Counted from the first letter of the stretch, positions 19,398-29,672 are shown. The stretch is 64,000 nt of DNA from an uncultured Acidobacteriota bacterium (GCA_963844875.1 CAWJPZ010000005.1:24681-88680); one strand, 5' to 3'. Notes: generated by a model from the sequence alone, not told the origin. Numbers and translations: made by a program.

Positions 19398-20548
19398 TGC
19401 CTCGGCGCGTAATCCTGCAGCGAGCAGTCAGCTGTGTCGCCGTGGGGTTGTGTCTCACCGCCAACCTGGCCGGCGATGCGGCCTCGAAGCGCCTGCAGTC
19501 CGACCGAAGCACGGCTGCCTACGAAGAACTGATACGCCGGTACCAGGGCGGAGAAACGGGCGACGCGGTCCGAAACCTGGCGACCTGGAGCGCCGAAGAT
19601 GTGAGGCGTGCCGCGCGTGCGAGCCAGGTCGAGGAGAGCAGCAGGATCGTGCCGCGGAGCGATGCCGCGCGGGACATGCGGCTCCTGACGGTCGCCGCGC
19701 TGCACGCCGAGGCGGGGATCGAGAGCGCAGACCGCGAGCGTTACCAGGTGCATGCCGAGGTGGGCGAGGCGGCGGTGCGGGAACTGGCGGGGCGCCGCCT
19801 GGCGGTGCCGTTCTGCCGCACCTGGTATCTGACCGTCTCGAACTTCTGGACGGTGCTCGGCGACCTTGTCCGGGCGGAGGCGGCGCTGACGAGTTCCAGG
19901 CGCCTGTTGGGAGCCGACGCCGAACTGCTCGTCGCCCTCGGCACGGTGAACGAGATGTGGAGCGGGCCCTTCGGCGCACCGTTCCTGAAACGTGACATGT
20001 CAGTGGATCTCGGCGGGATGAACGCCCAGTCGAGGGTGCAGGCACGGGCATCCCGGCAGCGAGATGGATTGCTCGGACGCGCGCGGAACTTCTATCGGGA
20101 AGCCGTTGGCGTGGCGCCTGCCGGCTACGAGGCGCGCCTTCGCCTGGGGCGAGTGGGCGTGCAGCTGGGGCACGGGGACGAGGCGGCGAAGGAACTCGAA
20201 CGCTGCCTGGCTCCCGAGGCGCCTCCGGCGATTCGATACCTCGCCGGGCTGTTCCTGGGCCAGCTTCGTGAGAGCGCGAACGACCTGGCTGCCGCCGAAA
20301 GGGCATACCGTGCCGCGCGCGCGAGCGTACCGCCGGGGCTCGCCGCGACACTTGCCCTGGCACGAGTGCTCGACATCACCGGCCGCGGCGAGGCGGCGAC
20401 GGCCGCCGTGGCCGAGACGCTCGCGTCGCCTGCCGGTCCGACGGACCTGGATCCTTGGTGGCTCTATCAAATGGGCCAACTCACGGACCTCAGCGCGCGG
20501 CTAGACCTCCTGCGGGCCTTGGCTTCCAGACGTCGGCCGGGGCCTTGA
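19394..20548 (+). CDS. Secreted hypothetical protein with TPR-like helical repeats
   Basis: An ATGA overlap links it to the VWA gene stop. It has a signal-like N-terminus and Ala/Leu/Arg-rich helical repeats. I recognise no specific family. Confidence 0.45.
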   Translation: MMPRRVILQRAVSCVAVGLCLTANLAGDAASKRLQSDRSTAAYEELIRRYQGGETGDAVRNLATWSAEDVRRAARASQVEESSRIVPRSDAARDMRLLTVAALHAEAGIESADRERYQVHAEVGEAAVRELAGRRLAVPFCRTWYLTVSNFWTVLGDLVRAEAALTSSRRLLGADAELLVALGTVNEMWSGPFGAPFLKRDMSVDLGGMNAQSRVQARASRQRDGLLGRARNFYREAVGVAPAGYEARLRLGRVGVQLGHGDEAAKELERCLAPEAPPAIRYLAGLFLGQLRESANDLAAAERAYRAARASVPPGLAATLALARVLDITGRGEAATAAVAETLASPAGPTDLDPWWLYQMGQLTDLSARLDLLRALASRRRPGP

Positions 20549-20550
20549 AC

Positions 20551-21024
20551 TTATCGAGCAAGCCACTCCGCCATCTGCGTCGCGAGGCAGTCGACGGCGG
20601 CTGCGACCCGCGGTGAAAGCGGCTGGCCCATTTCGAGCGTCGCGGGCTGGATGCCGATCAGCGCCACCTGGCAGCCGAGGTCGGCGGTCAGGTAGGTGGC
20701 CAGCACGGACGGCGGAAGCGTGTGGGTCGAGGCGCTCATGCCGTCGGCGTCGTGCCAGTCGATCCAGGCGAGCGTGCCAGGAGGCTGCTCCTGGTGCGCG
20801 GCGTCCACCTCGACGATCAGGTCGGGACGGAACCGCCGGAGGGGACCGGTGAAGTTCTCGGGCGCCGTGCCGCCGTTGATCAACAGCAGTCCCGGCGTCG
20901 CCGCCAGCTGCGCCGCCAGCGCCTTCACCACGCACACGCCCGCCCCGTCATCGCCATTCATCTCGTTCCCGACGCCGAGCACGGCGACGCGCGCAGGGCG
21001 TGGAGGGAAGGGCAGCGTCTGCAT
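20551..21024 (-). CDS. hycI: Hydrogenase maturation endopeptidase (HycI/HyaD family)
   Basis: It has the VLGVGNEMNGDDGAG motif, is 157 aa, and is the last gene of the hydrogenase operon. Confidence 0.8.
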   Translation of the reverse strand: MQTLPFPPRPARVAVLGVGNEMNGDDGAGVCVVKALAAQLAATPGLLLINGGTAPENFTGPLRRFRPDLIVEVDAAHQEQPPGTLAWIDWHDADGMSASTHTLPPSVLATYLTADLGCQVALIGIQPATLEMGQPLSPRVAAAVDCLATQMAEWLAR

Positions 21025-21029
21025 AAGAA

Positions 21030-21113
21030 GGCTTCAGGCTCCAGGCTTCAGGCTCTGGGCCGCGTCTGGCCCCGGCTCAGGGCCCAGGGCTCAAGCCTCA
21101 AGCCTCAGGCCTG
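21030..21113. repeat. 7-nt-periodic array (12 heptamers), GGCTTCN family, imperfect inverted arms
   Basis: GGCTTCA GGCTCCA GGCTTCA GGCTCTG GGCCGCG TCTGGCC CCGGCTC AGGGCCC AGGGCTC AAGCCTC AAGCCTC AGGCCTG. It fills the gap between the NuoI-like gene and hycI. Confidence 0.85.
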
Positions 21114-21114
21114 A

Positions 21115-21552
21115 TTACGCCGTCGCGGGCGCGGCTGCGGCCGGAGGTGCCGCCGGCTTGGGCGGCGGGTTCTTCAGCGCGTCGATGTCCTCGGGGCGGC
21201 CCAGGAGGAGCGTGAACGCCGCGCGATCCAGCGCTGCCAGCTCCCACCGCTCGTGCGACATGCTCAGCGCGTCGAAGTTGCAGCTGACGACGCACTGCGC
21301 GCAGAAGGTGCAGCGGTCGGTGTGGAACTTCATCACGAAGCGCTTGGTCGCCTTGTCGACGACCTGCAGCTCCACGGCGAACGCGGGGCAGTCGCGCACG
21401 CAGATCTTGCAGCCGGTGCACTTGGCCGGATCGAACGTGAGCTGGCCCCGCAGCCGTTCGGGCGTGGGCTTCCGCTCGAACGGGTAGCGTTCGGTCACCG
21501 GCCGCTTGAAGAGCGACTGGGTGATATCGCCGAGCATTGCGCCGATTCTCAT
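21115..21552 (-). CDS. Hydrogenase 2x[4Fe-4S] subunit (NuoI/HycF/MbhN-like)
   Basis: It carries CTGCKICVRDCP and CTFCAQCVVSCN, and has a Pro/Ala-rich C-terminal tail. Confidence 0.8.
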   Translation of the reverse strand: MRIGAMLGDITQSLFKRPVTERYPFERKPTPERLRGQLTFDPAKCTGCKICVRDCPAFAVELQVVDKATKRFVMKFHTDRCTFCAQCVVSCNFDALSMSHERWELAALDRAAFTLLLGRPEDIDALKNPPPKPAAPPAAAAPATA

Positions 21553-21635
21553 TTCCGGTACCTCGGGCGAGGGCCTGAAGGCCCTCGCCTACATCAACGG
21601 CCGCACCAGCCACTACGCGTGATCCCACCGCCCGT

Positions 21636-22554
21636 CTACCGGAGAATGACGATCAGGAACAGCTGGGCGATGGCCAGCAGGATCCCGATCCGCCACCACA
21701 TTCCCACGGTCTGGTCGATGCGAAGGCGGCAGAACAACGCCTGCAGGCCGGCGGTGACGACCAGCAGGCCGCCCGTCTTCAGCACGAACTCGAGAGGATT
21801 CGCGATCCCGCCGAGGTAGAACGACGCGATCAGCGTCAGGCCGACGAACAGCTCGACGTCGCGTCCGATTCGGAACAGCGCCCAGCCGCGGCCGCTGTAC
21901 TCGGTCATCGGGCCGGCGACGATCTCCGTTTCGGCCTCGGGGGAATCGAACGGGGGCAGTTCGAGCTTGCCCATCAGCCCGACGACCGCCACGAGGAAGC
22001 CGATCGGCTGGGTGACCACCATCCACCAATGTCCGTGGGCGAACGCGTCGACTCTGCAGATCTGCCAGGATCCGGCGATGATGGCCGGGCCCAGCAGCGC
22101 GAGCAGGAACGGCGCCTCGTACGAGAACAGCTGCGTGAGCGCCCGCGTCGCCCCGATCAGGGAGAACCGGTCGATCGTGTTCGCCCCGGCCAGGCCCATC
22201 GACAGTGTCATGAGGCTGAGGAGATACAGGGTGACGATCAGGTCGCCAGTGAAGCTGTAGGCCGGGACGAGGCCGGCCATCGGCACGTAGAGCGCGGCGG
22301 TGAGGGTCCCGACCAGGGCGACGATCGGCAGGCCGTGGAACAGCACCGGGTTGACGCCGTCGGGGACGATCTCCTCCTTGGCGAGGAGCTTGAACACGTC
22401 GGCGATCGGCTGGAACCAGCGCGGCCCGATCCGGTTCTGGAACTGCGCCACCAGCTTGCGGTCGGCGTATTCGTACCAGGTCCCGGCAAACAGCAGGAAC
22501 AGGCCGCCCGGGAAGAAGAGCAGCGCGATGAGTCGGCGGCAGCTGGATGTTCAT
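21636..22554 (-). pseudogene. Hydrogenase membrane subunit (NuoH/HycD/MbhM-like); one frameshift near the 5' end
   Basis: ORF 21636..22451 is NuoH-like (FQNRIGPRW..., PFDSPEAETEIVAGPMTEYSG). ATG 22554 (MNIQL...) is in another frame, and LIALLFFPGGLFLLFAGTWYEYADRKLVAQFQNRIGP is restored by a shift near 22520-22535. An ATGA overlap links it to the large-subunit stop. Confidence 0.8.
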
Positions 22555-23748
22555 CGGTAATACTCGATTCCGTATTGGCGCAGCCTGGCCCACGTCCACG
22601 TTTCGGCATCGTCCCTGCGCCGGATGGTGACCAGGCGGTCGTTGCACGAGAAGCACGGGTCGATGCCGGCGATGAGCATCGGCACGTCTGCCAGCTTGTG
22701 GCCGGGGGCGGTGGTGATCACCGACCCCCAGTTGCACAGGCTCGGGGTGCGGACCTTCACGCGGTCCGGGTTCGCGCCGCCCGCGCTCTTCAGGTAGTAG
22801 AGCAGTTCGCCGCGCGGGGCCTCCACCCGGCTCACGGTCTCGCCCGGCGGCACCTTCGGCTTGACGCGCACGGCCAGGTCGCCCGGCGGCATGTGGTCGA
22901 GGATCTCGCGGATGACGCGGTAGCTCTCGAACAGTTCCTGCAGACGGACGATGAACTTCGCCTCGAGGTCTCCGGCCGTCGCGGTGATGGTCTTGACGGG
23001 GAAGTCCGGGATACGCGGCGTACGGCGAATCCACGCGGATGTCGCGCGCCACGCCGGATGCGCGGGCGGTCGGCCCGACGGCGCCGAGGGTGTCGGCCTC
23101 GTCCGCCGTCATCTTGCCGACGTTGCGCGTGCGCCCGATCAGCGTCTCGTCGGTGGTGACGACCTTGAGGTAGTGGTGCGTGCGCGGCTCGAGCAGGTCG
23201 ACCGCCTTGCGGATGGCGTCCGCCTGCGCGTCGTCGACGTCGAACTTCACGCCGCCCAGGACGTTGCACGAGTAGTTGACGCGGTTACCCGTCAGCCCCT
23301 CCAGCACGTCCATGATCACTTCGCGGTCGCGCCACGAATACATGAACAGGGTGTCGAAGCCGCCCTCGTGGGCGGCGACGCCGAGCCACAGCAGGTGGCT
23401 GTGCACCCGCTCGAGTTCGGCGACGAGCACCCGGATCGCCTGGGCGCGCGGCGGCACCTGCACGCCTGCCAGCGCTTCGACGCCGAGGGCGTACGCCGTC
23501 GCGTGCACGTGCGAGCAGATCCCGCAGATCCGCTCGAGCATGTACATCGCCTGCGCCCAGTTCTGTCCCTCGACGCCCTTCTCGATCCCGCGGTGCACGT
23601 AGCCGAGGCGGACCGTGGCGGCGGTCACGATCTCGCCGTCCACCGTGATCTCGAAGTGGCCCGGTTCCTTCAGGGCCGGGTGCTGGGGCCCGATCGGCAC
23701 CACGAATTTCCTGCGCGGTTCCTGGTAAGTGTCCATCTCGTCCCTCAA
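22551..23748 (-). pseudogene. Group-4 [NiFe] hydrogenase large subunit (NuoD/HycE/MbhL-like); one frameshift
   Basis: The Ni-Fe ligand motifs RICGICSHVH (N-terminal) and DPCFSCNDR (C-terminal) are present, with a 27-aa tail after the second. The shift lies at 23006-23012 (...DSPYAAYP|DFPVKTITATAGDLEAKFIVRLQELF...). Confidence 0.85.
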
Positions 23749-23752
23749 AATC

Positions 23753-23787
23753 GGCTTTCGGCTTCTGGCTTCAGGCTTCCGGCGGTG
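23753..23787. repeat. 7-nt-periodic array GGCTTTC GGCTTCT GGCTTCA GGCTTCC GGCGGTG
   Basis: This is a direct heptamer array with no inverted partner, lying in the 47-nt gap between the NuoC-like and large-subunit genes. Confidence 0.8.
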
Positions 23788-23795
23788 TCACGCAG

Positions 23796-24311
23796 TCACG
23801 CTGGCAGACCTTTGAAGGCCTTCCTCAACGGGTAGACGCCGTCGGGCCAGTCGTCGGGCAGCAGCAGCTTCCCGGCATCCGGGGTGCCCTCGACCACGAT
23901 GCCGAACATCTCCATCAGCTCGCGCTCGTAGAGCGTCGCCGACGGGATGATGCTGCACACGCTCGGCACCACCGCGTCGTGGTAGGGAACGCTCACCCGC
24001 AGCGTGGCGACCACCGGACCGCTGACGAACTGGTAGAGCGCCTCGAGCCGGTCTTCCATCAGCGCGGCCGCCTCGGGCGTCAGGGCCTGCGGAGCGGCCG
24101 GCTTGGCGGGCGTCGGCCACGGGTGGTCGAGGCCCGTGATCGCCGACAGGTATCCCCAGCGCGCGTCGATGATCGTCTTGACGGCGGCGCACAGGTCCTC
24201 GCGCCTGACGATCGCCTCCACCCGCCCGGGAGCATGCACCACTGCGCCCACCGCGAAGGGCTGCAGCAGGGCGTCGGCTGCCTTGACGATGGCTTCGATT
24301 GGCATGGTCAT
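23796..24311 (-). CDS. Hydrogenase NuoC/MbhK-like (30-kDa) subunit
   Basis: 171 aa with a NuoC-type C-terminal core: YERELMEMFGIVVEGTPD...LLLPDDWPDGVYPLRK. Confidence 0.75.
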   Translation of the reverse strand: MTMPIEAIVKAADALLQPFAVGAVVHAPGRVEAIVRREDLCAAVKTIIDARWGYLSAITGLDHPWPTPAKPAAPQALTPEAAALMEDRLEALYQFVSGPVVATLRVSVPYHDAVVPSVCSIIPSATLYERELMEMFGIVVEGTPDAGKLLLPDDWPDGVYPLRKAFKGLPA

Positions 24312-24314
24312 CTC

Positions 24315-24800
24315 CTAGGCCACCGCCTCGGCGCCCTGCGCTGGGGCCGGCTGCTTCAGGCTGTTGAGCAGTGCGACGACGCCGTAGATGATCGCCTCCG
24401 GCCGCGGCGGGCAGCCGGGCACGAAGGCGCTCACCGGGATCACGTCGCCCAGGTTTCCGACGATGTTGTAGCAGCCCTGGAACGCGCCGCCCGAGATGCC
24501 GCACGACCCGACGGCCACGACGAACTTCGGGTCCGGCATCTGTTCGTAGATCCGGACCAGGCGGTCCTTGGCGAGGCGCGTCACCGGCCCGGTGCAGATC
24601 AGCACGTCGGCGTGGCGCGGGCTGCCCTGGAGTTTCACGCCGAAGCGCTCCAGGTCGTAGCGCGGGGTCAGGGTGGCGAGGATCTCGATGTCACACCCGT
24701 TGCACGACCCGCTGTTGAAATGGATGGCCCACGGCGAGTTGACCCGCGCCCACGTCCGCAGCGGGTTCATGATCGCGTCGAGCAGCGACACGTTTCCCAT
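24315..24800 (-). CDS. Hydrogenase small subunit (NuoB/HycG/MbhJ-like)
   Basis: The proximal-cluster cysteines are present: GSCNGCDIE, VAVGSCGISGG and VPGCPPRPE. Confidence 0.85.
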   Translation of the reverse strand: MGNVSLLDAIMNPLRTWARVNSPWAIHFNSGSCNGCDIEILATLTPRYDLERFGVKLQGSPRHADVLICTGPVTRLAKDRLVRIYEQMPDPKFVVAVGSCGISGGAFQGCYNIVGNLGDVIPVSAFVPGCPPRPEAIIYGVVALLNSLKQPAPAQGAEAVA

Positions 24801-24809
24801 ACCACGCTC

Positions 24810-25122
24810 CTATCCGAGAATCAGCGCCACGAGCGCGATCAGCAGCCCGACCAGGTAGACCGTCGCCGGCGCGGGCAGGCTCCCGACGCCGAGCACCAGC
24901 ATCGCCAGGTGGACCACGGCGAAGAACAGGGCAATGAGGAAGAACGGCTGGTATCCCGGCGCGGCTTCGAACGTGGGCGACGCCTCGCCGCTGCCGTAGA
25001 CGCTGCTCTTCACGGCGTTGGCATTCGCCGGGCCGGCCAGGAGCCGGCCGATCCCCGACGAGGATCAGCACCAGCGGGATGTAGGCCAGGAAGGCCACCG
25101 GGGGAGAGAGAAGAAGGTTCAT
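24810..25122 (-). pseudogene. Small membrane subunit, NuoA/MbhI-like; one frameshift
   Basis: MNLLLSPPVAFLAYIPLVLILVG joins IGRLLAGPANANAVKSSVYGSGEASPTFEAAPGYQPFFLIALFFAVVHLAMLVL..., with a shift at a C4/G4 run at 25053-25056. The layout resembles NuoA. Confidence 0.55.
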
Positions 25123-25134
25123 GCGGGCCCTCTC

Positions 25135-26671
25135 CTAGAATTGCGCCAGCGCGCCGGCGCCGGAGAACATCGACACCAGGTGGACGCCGCCGGGTGTGTG
25201 ACGAAGTCCATCAGCCCGGGCCAGAAGCCCGAGCACCACCACGACCAGGGTCAGCACGACGAGCGGGGCGCCCATCAGGAACGACACCGGCCTGCCGGAG
25301 GCGACCGCCGCCGACGGCTCGTGCCGGTACATCCGGTTGACGAGCGGCGCGTAGTACGCGAGCGACAGGACGCTGTTCAAGGCAGCGAAGATGACGAGCG
25401 CCTCGACCCCCGCGTTGCGCGTCTCGAAGCCCGCGACGAAGATCTGCCACTTGGACATGAACCCGGACAGCGGCGGCAGGCCGCCGAGCGCCAGCACCGA
25501 GATGCTGAGCGCGAACGCCGTGATCGGGTACTTGTTGCCGGCGCCGTTCAGGTCGTCGACCATGAGCGGGTCGTGGCTGCCGCGCGCGACGTGGAGCGAG
25601 TAGAGCAGCGCGCCGGCCGCCATGAAGGCGAGCCCCTTCATCAGCGCGTGGTTGAACAGGTGGAAGAAGCCGCCCGCCGCGCCGTTCGCGACGCCGTAGC
25701 CCACCGCCACGCCGAAGCCGACCAGCATGTAGCCCATGTGGCTGACGCTGGAGTAGGCGAACATCCGCTTCACCTGCGTCTGCCGCAGGGCCATCAGGTT
25801 GCCCGACGATCATGTTCAGCGCGCCGAACGCCAGGATCATCGACCCCCAGGTCGCGCTCGACCGGGGCGAGGCAGCCGAGCGACCGCAGCATCGCGATCA
25901 GGCCGGCTTCGATCACGATTCCCGACAGCATGGCGCTGATGCCGCTCGGCGCCTGGGAGTGCGCGTCGGGCAGCCAGGTGTGCAACGGGACGAGCGCGGT
26001 CTTCACCCCGAAGCCGATCAGGAAGAGCGCTCCCGCGGCCAGGAGTTGAGGCGGTGTGGGGCGGGCCGCGATCGCCAGCACCTGCTGGAGGTCGAGGGTG
26101 CCGGTCTGCGCGAAGACGAACGCGATGCCAATCAGCACGAAGGCGGAACCCACGGCCGACTGCACCAGGTACTTCACGCCCGCCTCGAGCGATCCCCGCT
26201 GCTCGCGGTAGAACGCCACGAGCAGGAACGAGGTGACGGCCATCGCCTCGAACCAGACCCACAGGTTGAACAGGTCGTTCGCGCACCCGAGGCCGATCAT
26301 CGTCGCGGCCATCGACACGAGCAGGGCGTAGTCCTTCTCCTCGCCCTCCTCCCCGCGCATGTAGGGGATGGAGAAGACCGATACGAGGAGGGTCAGCACC
26401 AGCACGGTGCCCGCCACGACCAGGCCGACGCCGTCCATCCGCAGCGAGATCGCGCCCACCGTCAACGAAACCGTGCCGCCGCGCCAGCACGGCGCTGGCC
26501 ACGTACCAGAGCGGAACCCCGGTCGGCCGCCAGCGTGAGCACCGACAGCCAGCGTGCCGGCGCCGCCGAGTCGCGCCGAGCCGCACGCTGATTCGGCCGG
26601 CCAGGTAGATCACCGGCGACGGCGACGAGGGGCAGCAGGAGCAACCAGGTCAATGCGAGTGTCGGGTTCAT
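25135..26671 (-). pseudogene. Antiporter-like membrane subunit (NuoM/NuoN/MrpD-like); at least 6 frameshifts
   Basis: Conserved blocks are spread over three frames: WLPDAHSQAPSGISAMLSGIVIEAG, KRMFAYSSVSHMGYML and GLPPLSGFMSKWQIF. Shifts lie near 26612, 26575, 26530, 26470, 25845 and 25797. Confidence 0.75.
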
Positions 26672-26676
26672 AGGAT

Positions 26677-28441
26677 CAGGCCCCTCCGAGCGCCAGGATG
26701 CCGAGCAGCACGACCAGCGACGACGAGGATCGCCAGGACGTTCCAGTTCAGCACCCCGTTGTGCGTCGCGCGCAGCGACTCGGCCGAGCTCTTCGGTCAC
26801 CCGGATCGACGCCGCGGTTGATCGCCTCGAAGCCGAAACTGTTCGGCGCCATCGTGCCGATGCCGCGCAGCGCGCTGGCGACTGCCGCCAGTTTGCCCGC
26901 GCTGCCACCACGCCGCCAGGCCCAGCGCCACCACGCCGAGCGCCAGGAACGTGGCCGGAGCGGTGGCGATCGTTTGCCAGCAGGACGGACGTGCCCTCCA
27001 CCTCGTGCTCCGGCGGCAACGCCTTGCCGAGGAAGTGCCCGAAGTCGCCGGCGAGGAGCCAGGTGGTGAGCGTGCCGAACGCCAGCGGGACCAGCGCGAC
27101 CTTCATCGCCGGCCCGGCGTCGTGCACGTGCTTGCCGCCGCGGGGCTCGCCGAAGAACACCATCGACAGGAAGCGCAGGGTGTAGAGCGCGGTCAGGCCG
27201 GCGCCCGACCAGCATGAAGAGCCCACGCCCACGAGCGGGCCGCCCTCGTGCCCGGCTTCGAGCACCAGTTCCTTGCTCCAGAAGCCGTTGAGGATCGGGA
27301 TGCCGGCCAGCGCCAGCCCGCCGATGATCATCACGACCTTCACGAGCGGCATCTGGCGGCCGAGACCGCCCATCTCGCGCATGTCGCGCGTGTGCACGGC
27401 GTGTATCACCGCGCCCGCCGAGAGGAAGAGCAGCGCCTTGAACACCGCGTGCGACAGCAGGTGGAACTGGCTGGCGAAGATGCCGCCGCAGCCCAATCGC
27501 GTAGACCATGTAGCCCAGCTGGCTGACGGTCGAATAGGCGAGGACCCGCTTCAGGTCGTTCGACACGATCGCCATGACCGCGGCCATCAGCGCCGTGACC
27601 GCGCCCACGGCGACGACCGCCAGCTTCCAGTACGGCACCGCCTCGAACGCCGGGTAGAACCGGGCCAGCAGGTAAACGCCCGCGTTCACCATCGTCGCGG
27701 CATGGATCGAGCGCGGAGATCGGCGTCGGCGCCTCCATCGCGTCGGGCAGCCAGGTCTGGAACGGGAACTGCGCCGACTTCGCGGCCGCCGCCACGAGGA
27801 AGCCGAACGCCATCAGCGCGAGGACGTTCGCCGGGAGGCTGGAAGCGCCGGCGAGGAACGTCGGCACGTCGTAGCTGCCCTGGTAGACGTAGAGGAACAG
27901 CGCGCCGGCCAGCAGGCCGATGCCGCCGACCTGGGTGATGATCAGGGCCTTGATGCCCGCCGCCACCGCCTTCGGGTCGTCGTTGTAGAACGAGATCAGC
28001 GCGTAGGAGCACAGCGCGGTGATCTCCCAGAACACGAAGACCATCAGCAGGTTGCTCGACAGGACGAGGCCCACCATCGACCCGATGAAGAACAGCACGT
28101 AGGCGTAGTAGCGGCCCAGCTGCCGCTCGCCCCTCATGTAGTCCACCGAGAAGATGACCGCCAGGCTGCCGATGGTCGTCGCGATGACGGCCAGGAACAC
28201 CGCCAGGCCGTCCGGCAGGAACGTCAGGGAGCCGAACGCGGAGCCGAGCGGCGAAGCCAAGGACGTTCACCTCGGTCCGCTGGGGGATCATGGCGAGTGC
28301 GGCGGCCGCGCCGGCCAGCGCGAACAGCACCGCGAGCGCGTGCTGCACCTGCGGCTTCCGGTCCTGGACCGCCCAGATCACGACGGCGCCCAGCCACGGC
28401 AGGCCAATCGAGAGCAGCGCAAGGGTCTCGATGGTCGGCAT
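26677..28441 (-). pseudogene. Antiporter-like membrane subunit (NuoL/MrpA/MbhH-like); at least 8 frameshifts
   Basis: Conserved blocks include FVFWEITALCSYALISF, KSAQFPFQTWLPDAMEAPTPISAL, MVNAGVYLLARF, LAYSTVSQLGYM and FHLLSHAVFKALLFLSAG. Shifts lie near 28263, 27710, 27497, 26968, 26893, 26800, 26775 and 26715. Confidence 0.75.
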
Positions 28442-28445
28442 GGCG

Positions 28446-28757
28446 CTACCTCCGCAGGGTCGACAGCGCCTGGAGGTCCAGCGTGCCGAACTGCCGGCGC
28501 ACCTGGACCGCGAGGGCCAGCGCGACGACGGAAACGATCGTGTCCGCCACGATCACGGTGAGCGCCATCGTCTGACCGGTCTGCACCTGGCCGGACAGCT
28601 TGCCGGCGAGGACGAGCGCGAGCATCGCGCCCTTCACCAGGACCTGCAGGCCGACGACGACCTTGATGAGGTTGCGCGTGACGAGCAGGCCCAGGAGGCC
28701 GATGCCCAGCAGGCCGAGCACCGCCACCGCGGTGAGCAGCGGAAGCGAGAGTGACAT
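28446..28757 (-). CDS. NuoK/MnhC/MbhG-like small membrane subunit
   Basis: 103 aa with three TM segments. Its start overlaps the upstream stop (TGATG). Confidence 0.7.
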   Translation of the reverse strand: MSLSLPLLTAVAVLGLLGIGLLGLLVTRNLIKVVVGLQVLVKGAMLALVLAGKLSGQVQTGQTMALTVIVADTIVSVVALALAVQVRRQFGTLDLQALSTLRR

Positions 28758-29245
28758 CACTGGTGCTCCTTCCGGGCGGCCACCCGCCCTTCGGTCAGCA
28801 GCCCGAGGACCGCCAGGACGCCGCCGATGATCAGCACGACCTGGAGCAGGACGTCCAGGCTCCGGTTCTGCCACAGGACGGTCGCGAACGTCTCGCCCTC
28901 GGCCGCCGCCGCTTCCGCCCGGAGGTTGGGGAGCGCCATGGCGGCGCCCAGGCCGATGGCGCAGAGCGCCACGACCCAGGCCAGCGGGGCCGGCACGAGC
29001 GAGCGCAGCGTGACCGGCGGCTCCTCGCCCGCGATGTTGATGGCGAACACGAACAGGACGGTGACCAGGCCGGCACCGACGCTCAACTCGATGACGGCGA
29101 CCTCGGGCGCCCCGAGCCGGAACATCATCAGCGCCGTGAGCGCCGAGGCGCCCGCCAGCCAGAGTGCAGCGATCAGGAGGCGTGTGCCGCGAACGGCCTG
29201 GAAGGCACACACCAGCAACGCTGCCACGATCAGCAGGTCGAACAT
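28757..29245 (-). CDS. First gene of the hydrogenase operon: MbhD/MbhE (MnhB)-like or NuoJ-like membrane subunit
   Basis: 162 aa, hydrophobic. The N-terminal half (GAPEVAVIELSVGAGLVTVLFVFAI) is MbhD/NuoJ-like. The C-terminal half (LWQNRSLDVLLQVVLIIGGVLAVLGL) is MnhB-like. Confidence 0.5.
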   Translation of the reverse strand: MFDLLIVAALLVCAFQAVRGTRLLIAALWLAGASALTALMMFRLGAPEVAVIELSVGAGLVTVLFVFAINIAGEEPPVTLRSLVPAPLAWVVALCAIGLGAAMALPNLRAEAAAAEGETFATVLWQNRSLDVLLQVVLIIGGVLAVLGLLTEGRVAARKEHQ

Positions 29246-29511
29246 GGACGAATCCCTTGATGAAGGAGGACGATGGAAATGCTGCGCCTTCTCCGGGGGG
29301 CTGACCGGCGGGCGCCGCGGGATTGCGGCGCGCCCCCGCTCGGAGCGGCAGCAGATGACAGGACCGAACTAGCCTAGTCCCCGGCGAGAGCCACGTGAAC
29401 GAACGATGATGATGACGTGATCGAAACGCTATGAACGAGTGGCCTTCGACACAGTCTGCGCCGCGTCCAATCCTGCGTATTTTGCACGAAGCCGCGTCCG
29501 GCGACAAGTGT

Positions 29512-29531
29512 TTTGTGAATTACTTCACAAA
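29512..29531. promoter_or_regulatory. Perfect CRP/FNR-family-type palindrome TGTGA-N6-TCACA
   Basis: TTTGTGAA-TTAC-TTCACAAA has 8-nt perfect arms. It sits in an unusually AT-rich stretch about 270 nt upstream of the hydrogenase operon start at 29245. Confidence 0.5.
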
Positions 29532-29672
29532 GACCGTAAATTATTCAGCCGTAGCGAAATGCGGCATATTGCTGAGGGTCAGAATGCGGCGCGTGTTGTA
29601 TTGTTCAGCAGCCTGATTTGTGGGCCGTCCGTCGCCGAAACCGACGCGCCGGGCGGCGCATCCATCGCTGTA

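Noticed and set aside
20551-29245. Interpretation of the nuo-like cluster as respiratory complex I
   Set aside because: No NuoE/F/G genes are present. The NuoD-like subunit retains both pairs of Ni-Fe-ligating cysteines and a cleavable C-terminal extension, and a HycI-type protease is in the operon. All of this fits a hydrogenase.
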